Source of the DNA: Daphnia carinata
Lineage: Eukaryota
Assembly: GCF_022539665.2 (NCBI RefSeq)
Contig: NC_081332.1
Span: 4,774,001-4,838,000 of the forward strand
Direction of reading: 5' to 3'
DNA: 64,000 nt
This document shows positions 13,202 through 25,448 of this stretch, in pieces. Each line of letters opens with the position of its first letter. The first letter of the stretch is position 1. The notes under the pieces were generated by a model. It saw only the letters and a program-made list of their open reading frames with translations, was not told the DNA's origin and ran no database searches. A program made the translations under genes and the position numbers.

Positions 13202-16200
13202 AGGGGGGAAACCAACAAATTAGCGGGATTCCTACACTCTGATCTCCCCCCCCCCCCCTTCACTATAGATACCTGGGGGGGAGTAATTTGAGATATCAAG
13301 GTTACGAGAAGGCGTTGTTGCGTGAAACGTGATTATTTTTTTTTATTTCCATTTGTGGTCGCTCGTTTTTCAAAGGGAAGAAATTGGGTGACATGTGCCC
13401 CCACTCAAAAAGAAGTTACGATCGACTTTGCGATAGCCGTTGGAAAACCGTAATAACGGAGCACTTCGGCAGTGGTGTCCCTATAGGAGAAGCTAACAGG
13501 CCTCTATTGCGTGTGAACGCATGTTATCGATTTCAGAAAGAAAAAGAGAATAGTCTTGTCCTCTTTATTCTCTTTGGTCATGTGTAATTTCTTTTAAAAC
13601 GATTGCCTATAGGTGGAAGAGACAGACACAAGTTTTGCCTCGCATGTCTTTCGTCTCATTTACCGTCTGATTGCTGCGGTCATTGCTCATCAACGAGTTT
13701 CCTTTTTTTTTTTTTTTTTACTCTCTCTATTATTCCTCATCAGAACGAGACGAACGATAAACAGACGAGTTGTCCATCACCTAAAATGTTGTAGTTAAGA
13801 GACGATTGACGAATTGTAAACTCTTTTGTTTACCTCTTTCAAACAAGCAAAAGACTAAAACAAAGACTCTTCTTTTTTTTTTTTTTCTTCTTTGTATTGT
13901 TTATACACAACAGCCGTGACGAGTGCCAAAGTATGGGCACTGGATCGCCGCGTCTTCCAGCAAGTGATGAAGAAGACGGGCTTGCAGCGCATCGACGACA
14001 ACCTGAAATTCCTGCGCAGCGTTCCGCTCTTCGAGCGCCTCACCACCGATCACATGTCCAAGATTGCCGACGTCCTCGAAGTGGTCAGTTCAAATATTTT
14101 ATTTTTATTATTTTTCCACGTGTGTCGCAGTTCTCCCATTTTTTTTTGTTTTTTTTCCCTCTTTTTGCTATCGATCTTTGCCTCCTAACTCTCCATGATT
14201 TCCCGTGCGGAAGACTCACCCCCCCCCTTTTTTTTTTTTCTCGATAGCCTTACCTCCCATTGGTGCCTCAAACTGTACGATGGGACTGTTACAAAGTTCT
14301 TTTTCTACTTGTCCTTTGCCAAAAAGAAAACCCACGGAAAATACTTTTTTTTTTCTCTCCCTCTCTTATTAGAACCGCCTCTGTGTCGCCGCTTCTCTTC
14401 TTTTTTTATCCAGCCTTGACACACATTGCTGCGGATAGAAGCGATGAAAGTCAAGCGTAGGGGGGGGGGGAGAGAGAGAGAGAGGCGCTAGTGTATATTC
14501 GTAACAGTAGCCCAGGTCATGAGAAGAAAACAAAAACTGACGGATCCAATGGAACAGGGTAGCAATAACAAGGATATGAAGGATGAAAAATGCGTCAAAG
14601 AAAATTAACGGATAAACGAAGGAGAGAGCAGTCCGGGCCTGTTTTTGTCATTAAATTCCGCTCGATTCGCAAACCAGCCGCATGAAAGGAAATAAGAAAT
14701 TGCGCATTTTTTTATTTTATTTTATTTTTTTTATTTCTGAGCAAGTCTGAAGGAAAAACAAACAAGCAATGGTTTGGGAAGGCGAAGACATTGAGCTGTC
14801 TGCCCTTTGATTCATTTTGCGCTTAGTCGCGCTAGCTTGTTACACGGACGGACAGGCTGTTTACACGCGACTGGACAGCAAGGCGGACTGCCAACTGCCA
14901 AAGTGGATACCAGATGGGTACACATAGAGACAGAGACGAGATGTACGTTTATACGCGTGCACATAACATGTATGCCATTCTCTCCCACGTAGACAAACAT
15001 CACTCCCATCGTCCCTTTTTCTTTTTTTTCTTTTTTTTACGTGTAGAGTTTCTCACTCCGGTAGGTTCCACTGTCGTCGAGTAGATCCCCCCCCCCCCCC
15101 CCCATCCTTTTTTTTTTATTCTCTACGTCCCTCACGCTCACTCGAAAATGGCCACTGTGTTCGTGTGTGTGTCTAAACATATCACGAGATTCTTGGGAGT
15201 ATGGCAGTGTGTCCCGTTTGTCCAGCGTATTTGTTCTTCTCCTTTGTAATTCAATCATTTTGTTCCACTTTTCGGTTGTTGTTTTTTTTGTGTGTGTGTG
15301 TGGACGAGAAATCGGCCACACGCCAGATGGGCTATGCATCATCTAATACGTTTCATTTTCTCTCTCTTTTTTTCGCGTGTGTTTGTAAAAGGGGATGAAA
15401 AAAAAAAGGTAAATCATTTGACATGTCCCTCGGAGTTCGGCTTGTTTTCTTTCGTCCGTAGCGCGCATTCCGTCATCGTGCATTCCGTCATCGTGCATTA
15501 GCGTGAAACTAACCACTCAAACGGGAAAGGGGGACATTCGGATTATGTTTAAGCCATCCAAGTTTGGCTGCTTACAATTTGTCTGACGGGCAGTGACAGT
15601 TTAACGTCAAGTCCAAAGTTCGGAAACCAACATTTATCGACCACGCCCTTGTGTGTCTTTGCGCCCGGTAACACCGTACGAACCAATCGATTTTCAATTA
15701 GAAAATGGTCACGCGTTTGTTTAAGTCAATCACAAAGTGTCTTCAAATTATGGTCAATTGTGTAATCTTGTTACGAATGTCTCGAATGATTTTGTATTTG
15801 TTCTTGACGCTTGAATGACAGGAATTCTACCCAGCGGGGACGTACATCGTACGGCAAGGCGGTCGCGGTGACAATTTCTTCATCATCGCTAGCGGACGGG
15901 TCCAGATTACACAACGACTGCCCGGTTAGTTCTGCCCTTTTACACTAATTTAACCAGTCAACAACAACAAAAAATTGCGACGTAACACACCACAATCGTT
16001 TCCCTGTCTTATCCATCAACGCACATGAGCATAAATAAAATCGAAAATAACTCCTCCCCCTCACAGAAAAAAAAAAAGAAGAGACAGTAATATGTAATAA
16101 TCGTAAATCGTTGGGCAGCTTTGAAGGGCTTCCAAATAACTTTGGCTTGTTAGAAATCGAAAGAAACCCTTCTCTCTCTCTCTCTCTCTCCCTCTCTCTC

Positions 16201-19200
16201 TCTCTGTCATCACAATATTGGATCGGTCAATATCCTTTTTCTTTTATTCCCCCGCAAACTATCCTTAACATTCCAACGATGATTGATTGAACACTAGCGC
16301 CATCCTCTTTTTTCAGTGGCCAAGTCACTGAATACACAGGCAGAGAGCGATATAGAAAATGGAAGTTCGCTTGAGCCCGAAGTGAATGATACGTCGAAAG
16401 AAAACAGAGTTAGCGTTTATACAGTAGCACTATGTATCGATCTTAAGCGATCGTACTCGAAGGAAAGCACGTTCAACCCCACGGGGTTTTCTTTTTGTTT
16501 GGGTGACATCCGTTCTGACCAAACAAAAAAAAAAAAAAAAAAAAGTTTCTGCCCATCAGCGAAGATGTTTGGACGCTGCGTTGCGGCATTTGGAAGATCC
16601 TTGAAATGGGAATCGAAAGACAAGCTCAAACATCAATCCTCCTGCCTTCGTATTTCTTTTAGCCATGTGATTTCCACGGCGTCTTAAGTTTTCATAAACG
16701 CGAGCGGAAGATGGTGAGGGGTGGGGGGGGGGGTATAAAGCGCAACGTTATCCTGACAATTGAAAATTGGGCGAACACGATATTGGATGGGAAAGTTTGT
16801 AGATAATTGGTTTTTGGTAACTCGTTTTTGTTTATTTGTTATTATTTTTCTTTTTTCGCGGAAAATATTTTCAATTTTGCGCGTGACACGTGAAACGCGC
16901 GCCGTGTTTTGACGGAGGGCAGACACGCGGCGCGCACCATAAAATTGGAGACGGAGATCTCGGAAAACCGTCAGTCGTGCGAATGAAAGCGGGGACATTC
17001 TATATCTGTACGACTATCAAAGCGAAATGTTTCGCCGTGTCTACTAGCACATCCGATCGATTCCGGCCACAACGGGGTGGCCGTTGAGCGGATGCGCGCC
17101 GTCCTTCTGACTCGAATGTCTATCCAAACAAGACTAACGTCTCGAATCTTGAAGAGCTTCATCCAATACCATATCAAATGGCTGCCCCTCTTTCTTTTCT
17201 ACATTTTTTTTTTTTTTTTTTTTTGAAAAGTTTTTATCTTTAATACCAACTTAATGCCATCAATCATTTTTTGTTTATATTTTCTTTTGAATTCACCACT
17301 ACAGGCAAGTTGGAAGAAGAAGAAGTGCGCATATTGGAGAATGGCGATTACTTTGGTGAACAAGCGCTCTTAAGAGAAGAATGTCGTAGCGCTAATGCGA
17401 TCGCCCTAGCACCGGGCGTCGAGTGCCTCACCCTCGGCAGAGAGTAAGTCTTTTGTTTTGATTATTTTGGGTTTTTTTTTTTTTTTTGTGCCTCTCTTTT
17501 TCACGAGGATCCCACACACCGTAGTAGCCCCCGCTCACGAGAAAATGCCGGCGTCATGCGCCGCCTTATGTGCGCGCATCAATACAAAGACGGATATTCA
17601 ATGCCGTGGGCGTTCTAATGACTTTTACGGGATGGCGTCTTCCACAAAACAAAACAACAACGAACAAGCCAATGAATAATTCAATGCGCAGTTATCGTTT
17701 AACTGTGCATTGATACTTAACGACTAGATTGTTCCTAGTTCGGCATCTTTGAAATATGCCAGTCAATGTTTTTAGTTTGAAAAGAAAAATGGCCATTAAA
17801 AGATAAGTCAAAATACAGAACCAATATCGGTGTGTAGCATTTTTTTTTTTTAAATCCATCGATAACGATAGCATTGATCTGTTTCTTTTAAAATTTGGAA
17901 TTTGAAAAAACAAAAGCAAAAACAAATGGGGAACCCCCGGCTGTTCACGTGTCGCTGAACGACCCGAGAAGTTTTCTGCGTTGTTTCCTTTAAAGAGACA
18001 CTCGTTCACCCGCACTTTCATTCATCAAAAGGATTCCCAGCAGTACCATAACAACATCACGTTCCTTTGATCCCTTTTTCTTTTATTTACTTGTTTTAAA
18101 TTTTATTTATTTTCCTTCCGTCTTTGAGAATTTTGATATTTTGCATCCAAAAACAGGAAGTCAAATGATCTAATCGGAATTTTATTTTTGTTTTTTTGTT
18201 TTTTACATTTTTTTTTTTTATAAAAACAAACAAACAAACAAACAAACAGCTCGTTCATCCAATTAATTGGGGATCTGAGCGAACTGCGCGGCAAGACCTA
18301 CGACGACGAATCGCGCGGCTTCTCTTCCGGCTCCAGCTCCGTCAGTAGCCGGCCAGGCGACAGCGGCATCCCTCCATTGACTTCGGAGTACGCCCAGGTG
18401 AGACTGGGCGACCTGGACGTGGTGGCCACTTTGGGCATCGGCGGTTTCGGCCGCGTCGAACTCGTCCAGTGCGCTTACGACCGGTCCTTAACCTTTGCCC
18501 TCAAGTGCCTCAAGAAACAGCACATTGTCAACACGCTCCAGCAGGAGCACATCTACAGCGAGAAGAACATAATGATGTCCTGTCGGAGTCCCTTCATAGC
18601 CAGGTATGGAACGCAAAAAGTTTTCTTTTTCATTTCACAACCGCATTTTATAGCCCACTGTTTTCAGTGCATATTTTAAAAAAGAGAAGATAAGTTTCAG
18701 AGGATTATTACCTCTCTCTGTATATTCATTCCCACTGTGAGTTTCCAGGGGAAACGACGACAGTCGTAGGGGGAATGTTTCGCTAATAACTCGATCCAGT
18801 GTTGCATTATAGAAAAACCGGATGGCTGTTGCTATGATTCGCTGCCTAATCTGCAGCTGCGGGAGTTTCAGTTGACATATCAATCCCGTCTTTTACATTC
18901 CTCACATCCCCTATTCATGTTAATGAAATTTAATACTTTCCCTTTTTTTTTTTTTTTAAGGGACAAAGATCAAAGCTCAATTTGTGTCTGTTAAGAAAAG
19001 AACACACATCTATTTTTGATTTTCGTTTTATTTGTTTCTCTACAACGACGGATGGCGTGTGAAGATTGTACAACACGTACCGGGATAACAAGTACGTCTA
19101 CATGCTAATGGAGGCCTGTCTGGGAGGCGAGCTGTGGACGATCCTGCGGGATCGCGGCCACTTTGACGATGCGGCAACGTGTTTCTACACGGCTTGCGTT

Positions 19201-20283
19201 ATTGAAGCCTTTGATTACTTGCATTCGCGCAACATCATTTACCGCGATCTCAAGCCCGAGAATCTTCTGCTAGACAGTCGCGGCTATGTCAAACTGGTTA
19301 GTCATTCGTTGTTGCCCTTCTCATTGTTTTTCGAGGAATGACAGTCATTTGCGAATGAATATTTTCTGCATTCACGGCCGTTTCAGGTGGATTTCGGCTT
19401 CTCGAAATTGTTGGGCGTAACCAGCAAGACGTGGACTTTCTGCGGGACTCCCGAGTACGTCGCACCTGAGATCATCCTCAACAAAGGTCACGATCGGGCT
19501 GTCGACTATTGGTCTTTGGGCATTCTCATCTTTGAATTGCTGACGGGAACGTGAGTCTACGCACGAATTCTTGTTTGTTTCTTTTTCTTAAAATGATGAC
19601 AGATTTACTGATGAATGAATTGAAAAAAAAAATAATAAATAAATAAAAAAAAAGGCCTCCGTTCACTTCTCCGGATCCCATGAAGACGTACAACATCATT
19701 CTCAAAGGCATCGACCAGATTGAATTCCCGCGTATCGTCAGCCGAGCAGCTCAAGCTTTGATCAAACGCCTGTGCCGCGAAGTGCCTGCCGAACGGCTCG
19801 GCTACCAGCGAGGCGGGATTGATGACATCAAGAAGCACAGGTCTCACGTTGTTTTTATTAATTACTTTTTTTTTCTTCTTGACAGTTATCCCCGTATTTT
19901 TTGCTTCATTGATTTTCATTAAATGCCTTTAATATCTCCCATTTTTCAGGTGGTTTCAAGTGTTCGACTGGGATGGCCTGTCTAATAGGACCTTGGCAGC
20001 ACCTATTACACCTGTGGTAAGTCCCTCTTTTCAGCAATGACATTCTCTTATGAAATCTCTTGATGAAAGCAATTGATTGTTCCGGCGTTTAACCAACGGC
20101 TCTTTTTTTTTTCTTTTGTGTTTCTTTGCTATCCATTTCTATCGGTCATTATCAAAACAAAACAAAACAAAAAAGGTGCGTGGCCCAGCTGATGCTTCCA
20201 ATTTTGACACCTACCCCAAAGAGAAGGAATTGCCGCCAGACGAGCTCTCTGGTTGGGATGTCGATTTCCAGTTGTGCAATTGA
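5494..20283 (+). CDS. Pkg21D: cGMP-dependent protein kinase (PKG), DG1/Pkg21D-like. Coding exons approx. 5494-6588, 9142-9440, 11622-11763, 12159-12296, 13914-14083, 15822-15924, 17305-17443, 18250-18603, 19065-19296, 19387-19550, 19655-19840, 19950-20016, 20176-20283
   Basis: Leucine zipper ([13 protein letters not shown]), pseudosubstrate KRQGVSGES, two cNMP-binding domains ([25 protein letters not shown]), kinase motifs [29 protein letters not shown] and AGC tail [16 protein letters not shown] junctions are phase-compatible. HDRAVDYW and [13 protein letters not shown] resemble DG1 more than foraging (from memory). One 1-nt frameshift at ~11668-11671. Confidence 0.93.
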
Positions 20284-21527
20284 GAGTTTGACAACATAAA
20301 AAACTACACACACAAGTTCTCCAAAACTACACGTCACCGTACACACACACACGCGAATGCAGAAACACATAGACACACGACACACATACACAATGGTTCG
20401 AGCAAAAAGAAAGAAAAATGCAACTTTGTTTTTGGCCTAGGCGCGGAATTCGATTATTTTCGATCGCAGCACAACATCTAATTTCTCTTGCGTGAAAAAA
20501 ACGATTGGTATAATTCGGTTGTTTTCGTCTCTTTGGCATCTCGCCCTTCTTTTTTTCTAAAATTGTTTTTTTAAACACAGAAAATATGTAGATATTACTA
20601 TTAATTAATTATTATCACATAAGCTGCTGAGAAAGGGAGAAAAAAAAAAGGAGTTTTGACACCACCGTTTGTTCCTCAAGTGCCTCTCCTTTTAATTCGC
20701 ATTATTATTAATATATTATAACACAACTTCTTTTTTTTTCTTTTTTTTTAACTGCTGTTGCTACAATACTGACGCTGCTCTTCTTTGTTGAGCTGTTATC
20801 AACTTGTTTGTTGAAAATGATTCTTTTCCATCTTTCAACCACCCTACACGTTTTCAGCAGCGAGTAGAGCCGTAACTGGCGTATATTGAAACGGAAAAAA
20901 AAAAGACAAAAAAGAATTCCTACTTTTCAATGTGTGCGTATGTGTTTTCTTTTAGTTTCCACCACTTCTTCTCATTCATTTTTCCAATACTTCATCTTCA
21001 CGGCAAAAGCAATCTTCTCCTCCTACTCCCCCCCTGGCCGCCCTACTATTCTTTCTGGGAAGGAAATGGGAAAAAAGAAATTTTTCTTCTTCGTCTAAAC
21101 CATAAATAATGTATACATGTTTGTGTACTCTTATTACACATTCACAATTTGCATACACTGGTGCGACCAGCATACCACATTTTTCATACCCACACACTTG
21201 CGGAAGAAAAAAGGAACGCGGACGCATACGGAGATCAGACACACCCATATCCTTTACAGAATAATAATGTACGAAATATTTTATACAACATACAATTTGA
21301 TTCTCGGTTTCTTTTTTCTTCTTTCGTTTTTTGTTTTGATTTATTTTATTTTATTTTATTTTTTTTGGCTTCGCTTTATTTTTGGCTGTCCGTCTTCTCG
21401 CCTATTCACAATTGTATTATAGGTACCGAGTTTGTCACACCTTCTTTGTCACGTCGCCCTTCCGAATCTCAACGCTAAAGGGACGTGGAAATTCCCCAAT
21501 GTACAATACAGTACACACACAAGAAAA

Positions 21528-21529
<2 letters not shown>

Positions 21530-21563
<34 letters not shown>
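21530..21563. repeat. (AG)n microsatellite
   Basis: Directly visible; (CT)n tracts also at ~16171-16205 and ~62070-62090. Confidence 0.95.
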
Positions 21564-21564
<1 letters not shown>

Positions 21565-23349
21565 GCTTTTCTAGGATTTCTACGGGATTTATTTGTGCCT
21601 CTTCTGTATGACCCCGCCTTTCCATCCGCGTGTACACCGCACGATCTACATCGATCTTGTGACTCGTTATGCCGCGATACATCATGTTGTGAAAGATGAA
21701 AAGAAGAGGAAAGTGTGCGTATAGAGAGGCCTGTTGGAGATGTTGTTAGCGACGGGGAATCCGCAGATAATATTTTTTTTCTTCTTTTTTTTTTTTTTGC
21801 AGGAAAATGTATGGCACAGCAGCAACAATGACTTATGATGTCGAGTTGGCACAGTCCCATGCGGTGCGCGGTTGCGGTATATGTTAATGCAGTGTGCACC
21901 CTCCATCTCTTTTGGCCGTAGTTTACAAATGATGCAAAAAAAAAAAAATGGAAAACAAATTCTTAGAAAAATCGGTAGTCCAAGCCACGCACTGTCCTGG
22001 AGCTATCAAAGCCAAATTTCTTTTTTGCAATCCAAATTTTGTTTCGTTAAAACAAAAAAAAAAAAAAAAATTAAAACAAAAAAAAGTCTTTTGCGCATTG
22101 GCGTTCGATGTGTCGAACATACGACAACCTTTATATTCCGTCCATTTTGTGATAGCCCGATCGATATCCTTGTGTGCTGCTTGTACGTAGTAGACACACA
22201 CTCACAGGCACTACAGAAAACGACGATTGCATTGTTAATAGGCGCCTCCTACTCCTAGCTCGACGTCCGCTCCCATCTTCAGCGCAACTATTTGCTGCTC
22301 CCGCTCTGTCGACTGTCCGTTGTCGTCTATTTCGTTTTTGCGTGTTTGGGCAATTTTGTTCCACAACTGGCTCGCTTAGATTCTGGCACGTGCAGACGTG
22401 TGTACCTTGTTACGTACCAACAACCAGTAAAAGAAAAAAAGAAGCAAAAATTCTCGTGTAAATATTTTCCCGACGACTTTCAAAATGTTCTTTTGCCACA
22501 GATGCGTCGCCCAGAACGCATAAATCAACCGCGCTTTTTGTCAGGTTTTTTTCTTTCTCCCCAAAAATTCCGTTCAAGAATTTCCCCGTCTACTGGAACA
22601 CAAAAGAAGGAGAAAATGAGCGGAGATGGAAAAAGAACGCAAACTGAAAGGGAATCGAACTTGCAATTCATTGACGTAGATATAGATGCTCTAGGCTGTT
22701 CAGTTACATATTCTTTCTTGTCAAAAAAAAAAAAAAAGAAATATATACGTAGACGTGCATTTCCCCCATTACTGTTCGCAACCGGTTTCCGATGACATTG
22801 TCTACGGATGTGACCCGGATAAAGAAGTTTATGTGCGCACGTTTATATTTCTCTAAGGTTTCATGTTTAGTGGAATAGATGATATGTTTGCTACGTTCTT
22901 GACAGCACCTCTTCGTTTTGTTGTGTCATCCGCATCCAGCTGGATTTCCTGCCTCCGTGTTCACCGTTAAAGCTGGGCTTTTCCAGCCATCGGTATATTT
23001 TAATTTATATATTTTTATGACGTTCTTGTTTTTCTTCAAGTTTTGATTCTTGTTTTTTTTTTTTTTTGTTTTTTGTTTTTCAGGCCGTACCTCCCAGCTA
23101 AAAGACTAAAAGGAAAAGGACTCTCAGAATATGTTTGTTCGCTACCTTTTTGACTGCTTGTTTGTTTGTTTTTTTGTATAAACATACATTATACAACAAA
23201 ACTCGGTTGAATAGTCAAGTATTGATTGGATGCCAAAAGGTAAGAGTTCCATAGGTATGCAGTAGAAAGTTGGGCTCCCATGTGGCATTGAATCCTACCC
23301 ATACGTCTGCGTGAATTACTTTTCATCGATAAATTTTGAAGTTATTAGC

Positions 23350-24615
23350 AGATGGAAAATGGTGGCATTAGACGTCGGAGCGTCTCGGGATGTTAACGAT
23401 TGAATTTCCAGCCATTTCACGACGGGCATTGGCTACATTTTGCAGCAACATTTCATTCATTGAAGACAGAAATCGATAAACTACTTTGAGCCCAGGCATA
23501 ACAGGGTAAGAGATTTATCGGATTATTCATTCCCTTTGCATATTTTATGCATTACATATAATTTTCTCGATGTCCATTTACAGGTGAATGGTTGCTTTAG
23601 ACTTTGTCAAGTTTGATGTGGTTGCCAATAATCTTCGGTTAAGTGAACAAAGAGATTGCAGTAACATACCTGGGGAAAAAAAAGACGTGCCCCTACGCTA
23701 AATTGGTTTCTGTTATGTGAACGTAGACATTGCCGAAATGGCTGACAGTTTCGTTCATAACCCCTTCCCCTGTCTCCCCTCTCCCCAATCCAACCGAATG
23801 GCATCATATAATTAAATTACTTAAACTTGCTGTTCTTGATGATTCGTGCGCGAGTATTTATAGATATGCCAGAGTAACAGATAGCCATTTTTCTTTCATA
23901 ATCCAATCGGTAAATGTTATTCTCAAAAGTTTTCCGGGTACTAATGAAAGCCAGCATCTCTTGTCTATGGAATTCTAGGAGGAAGAAAAAAAAAGGCTGT
24001 ATTTATATCATTGATCGTGAAGAGAGTGGAAGAAAAAGAAGTGGAAATAAAGCATTTCTTCCATCACCGGATCGATGATCGATTTCTTCATTCTGTGATG
24101 ATGACAAGAGCCGGATGTGCTGCAGATGCCAGAGGATTAATAATGAGCAACGTGGTTTTGTGCACTTCGATAATGGCGGTAAAAAAGATGTACATCCCTG
24201 TCATAATTTCCGACTGCTAACAGGATCAACCGTATGCTATTATCAGGGCAAAGTCCCAAACATTTCCGCAGCTCAAATGTGTCTGGTTCAATCGGTTCGA
24301 GTGATTCTAAACTGCCAGGCCTTTTCTTGGTACCGATACAATTTCAACGAACATTGGGATTGGGTACCCGAGAAGCTGAAAACGCCCCACTTTGACTTGC
24401 AATAGGTTTCGGGAGTGTCGATCGATTTGCCCACTTCACAGGCAAGTGCTTTTCAGTCATGCAGAATTCAGTACCCAGTGGATGGTCCAAACTGGGCTTT
24501 TGCCTACTCTCCAGATGTCCACCTTGCAGCAGCTCCTATTAGATTGCGGCAATATGCCACAGACAAGAGTGAAGACCTAGATACTAGCACGGCCCACACA
24601 GCCAGCCCAAGCTAA
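23350..24615 (+). pseudogene. Probable decayed spliced gene of unknown family; last exon ~24223-24615 with one in-frame TAG
   Basis: ORFs 24115-24405 and 24415-24615 share a frame and are separated by a single TAG. There is an acceptor ctaacag at ~24222 and an intron-like gtaag...ttacag at ~23506-23583. Composition is homopolymer-poor and coding-like. Confidence 0.3.
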
Positions 24616-25448
24616 TAAATGGATTGAACCTAATAATTCATTTCTGATTTTTGAAATGTACGTCCAGCGAGCTGCCTGAATTGTCCATAACATTAATAAC
24701 AAAGCAAGCACTTTGCGGCAATAGCCAACTGTACAATAAGTCACACTGCTTGCATCTCTTGTCATGGATCGAATGAATTGTTGTTGCATTGCTTTAGAAG
24801 ATAATATAGGAACGAACGACAAGATGAATTATGGATGTTCAACGTTCTTATAAAGAATTGCATGACAGACGGCCTTTGATAAAGGTGAAACCAGTGTTTG
24901 AATTTCAAATGAGTTTTCGTGATTTACTGGGTCAAGTCAAGAACATTGTGAGCAGATTATCAAAGACGATGAGAAGAATGAGAAGAAAAAAAGTTTATTT
25001 TGTAGTCCCTTGAAATTCTGGTTGGGCTAACTAATAATACTTTCGTTATATCACACATTGTACAATTCGTCGTAGTTGACACTATTTAATTTCCTTTTTT
25101 TTCTCCCCAGTTACTACGTGTTGGCATGGGAGACCGAAAAAGGACAAGAAACGGCGCATTAGGCAATCACACTTCGGATGACTCTGTGCGTTCCAATAAT
25201 AAAAAGACACTGTAAAAACGATAGCAATCCGTGATCGTCCTTTAAAAAACGAACGAGAAAGCATTGGCAAATTACGGGGAAGAGGGAAACGAACCCTGTT
25301 ACCGCGACTTGAGATTTTCCCCAAGATACATATAATATACTGTACACTTGTGTAAAATTCACCGGCAATAGCTGGGGCCAGTTGCGACATGATAAAATTC
25401 TAATTTAGAAAGGAGAAAAAATTTCGTTTTCCTGTAGTTGCCACGTCT

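Noticed and set aside
15464..15499. 15-bp tandem duplication gcattccgtcatcgt
   Set aside because: Ordinary intronic slippage duplication.
5494..20283. Calling the kinase foraging (dg2)
   Set aside because: Diagnostic residues, as I recall them, fit the DG1/Pkg21D clade better; a phylogeny is needed to confirm.
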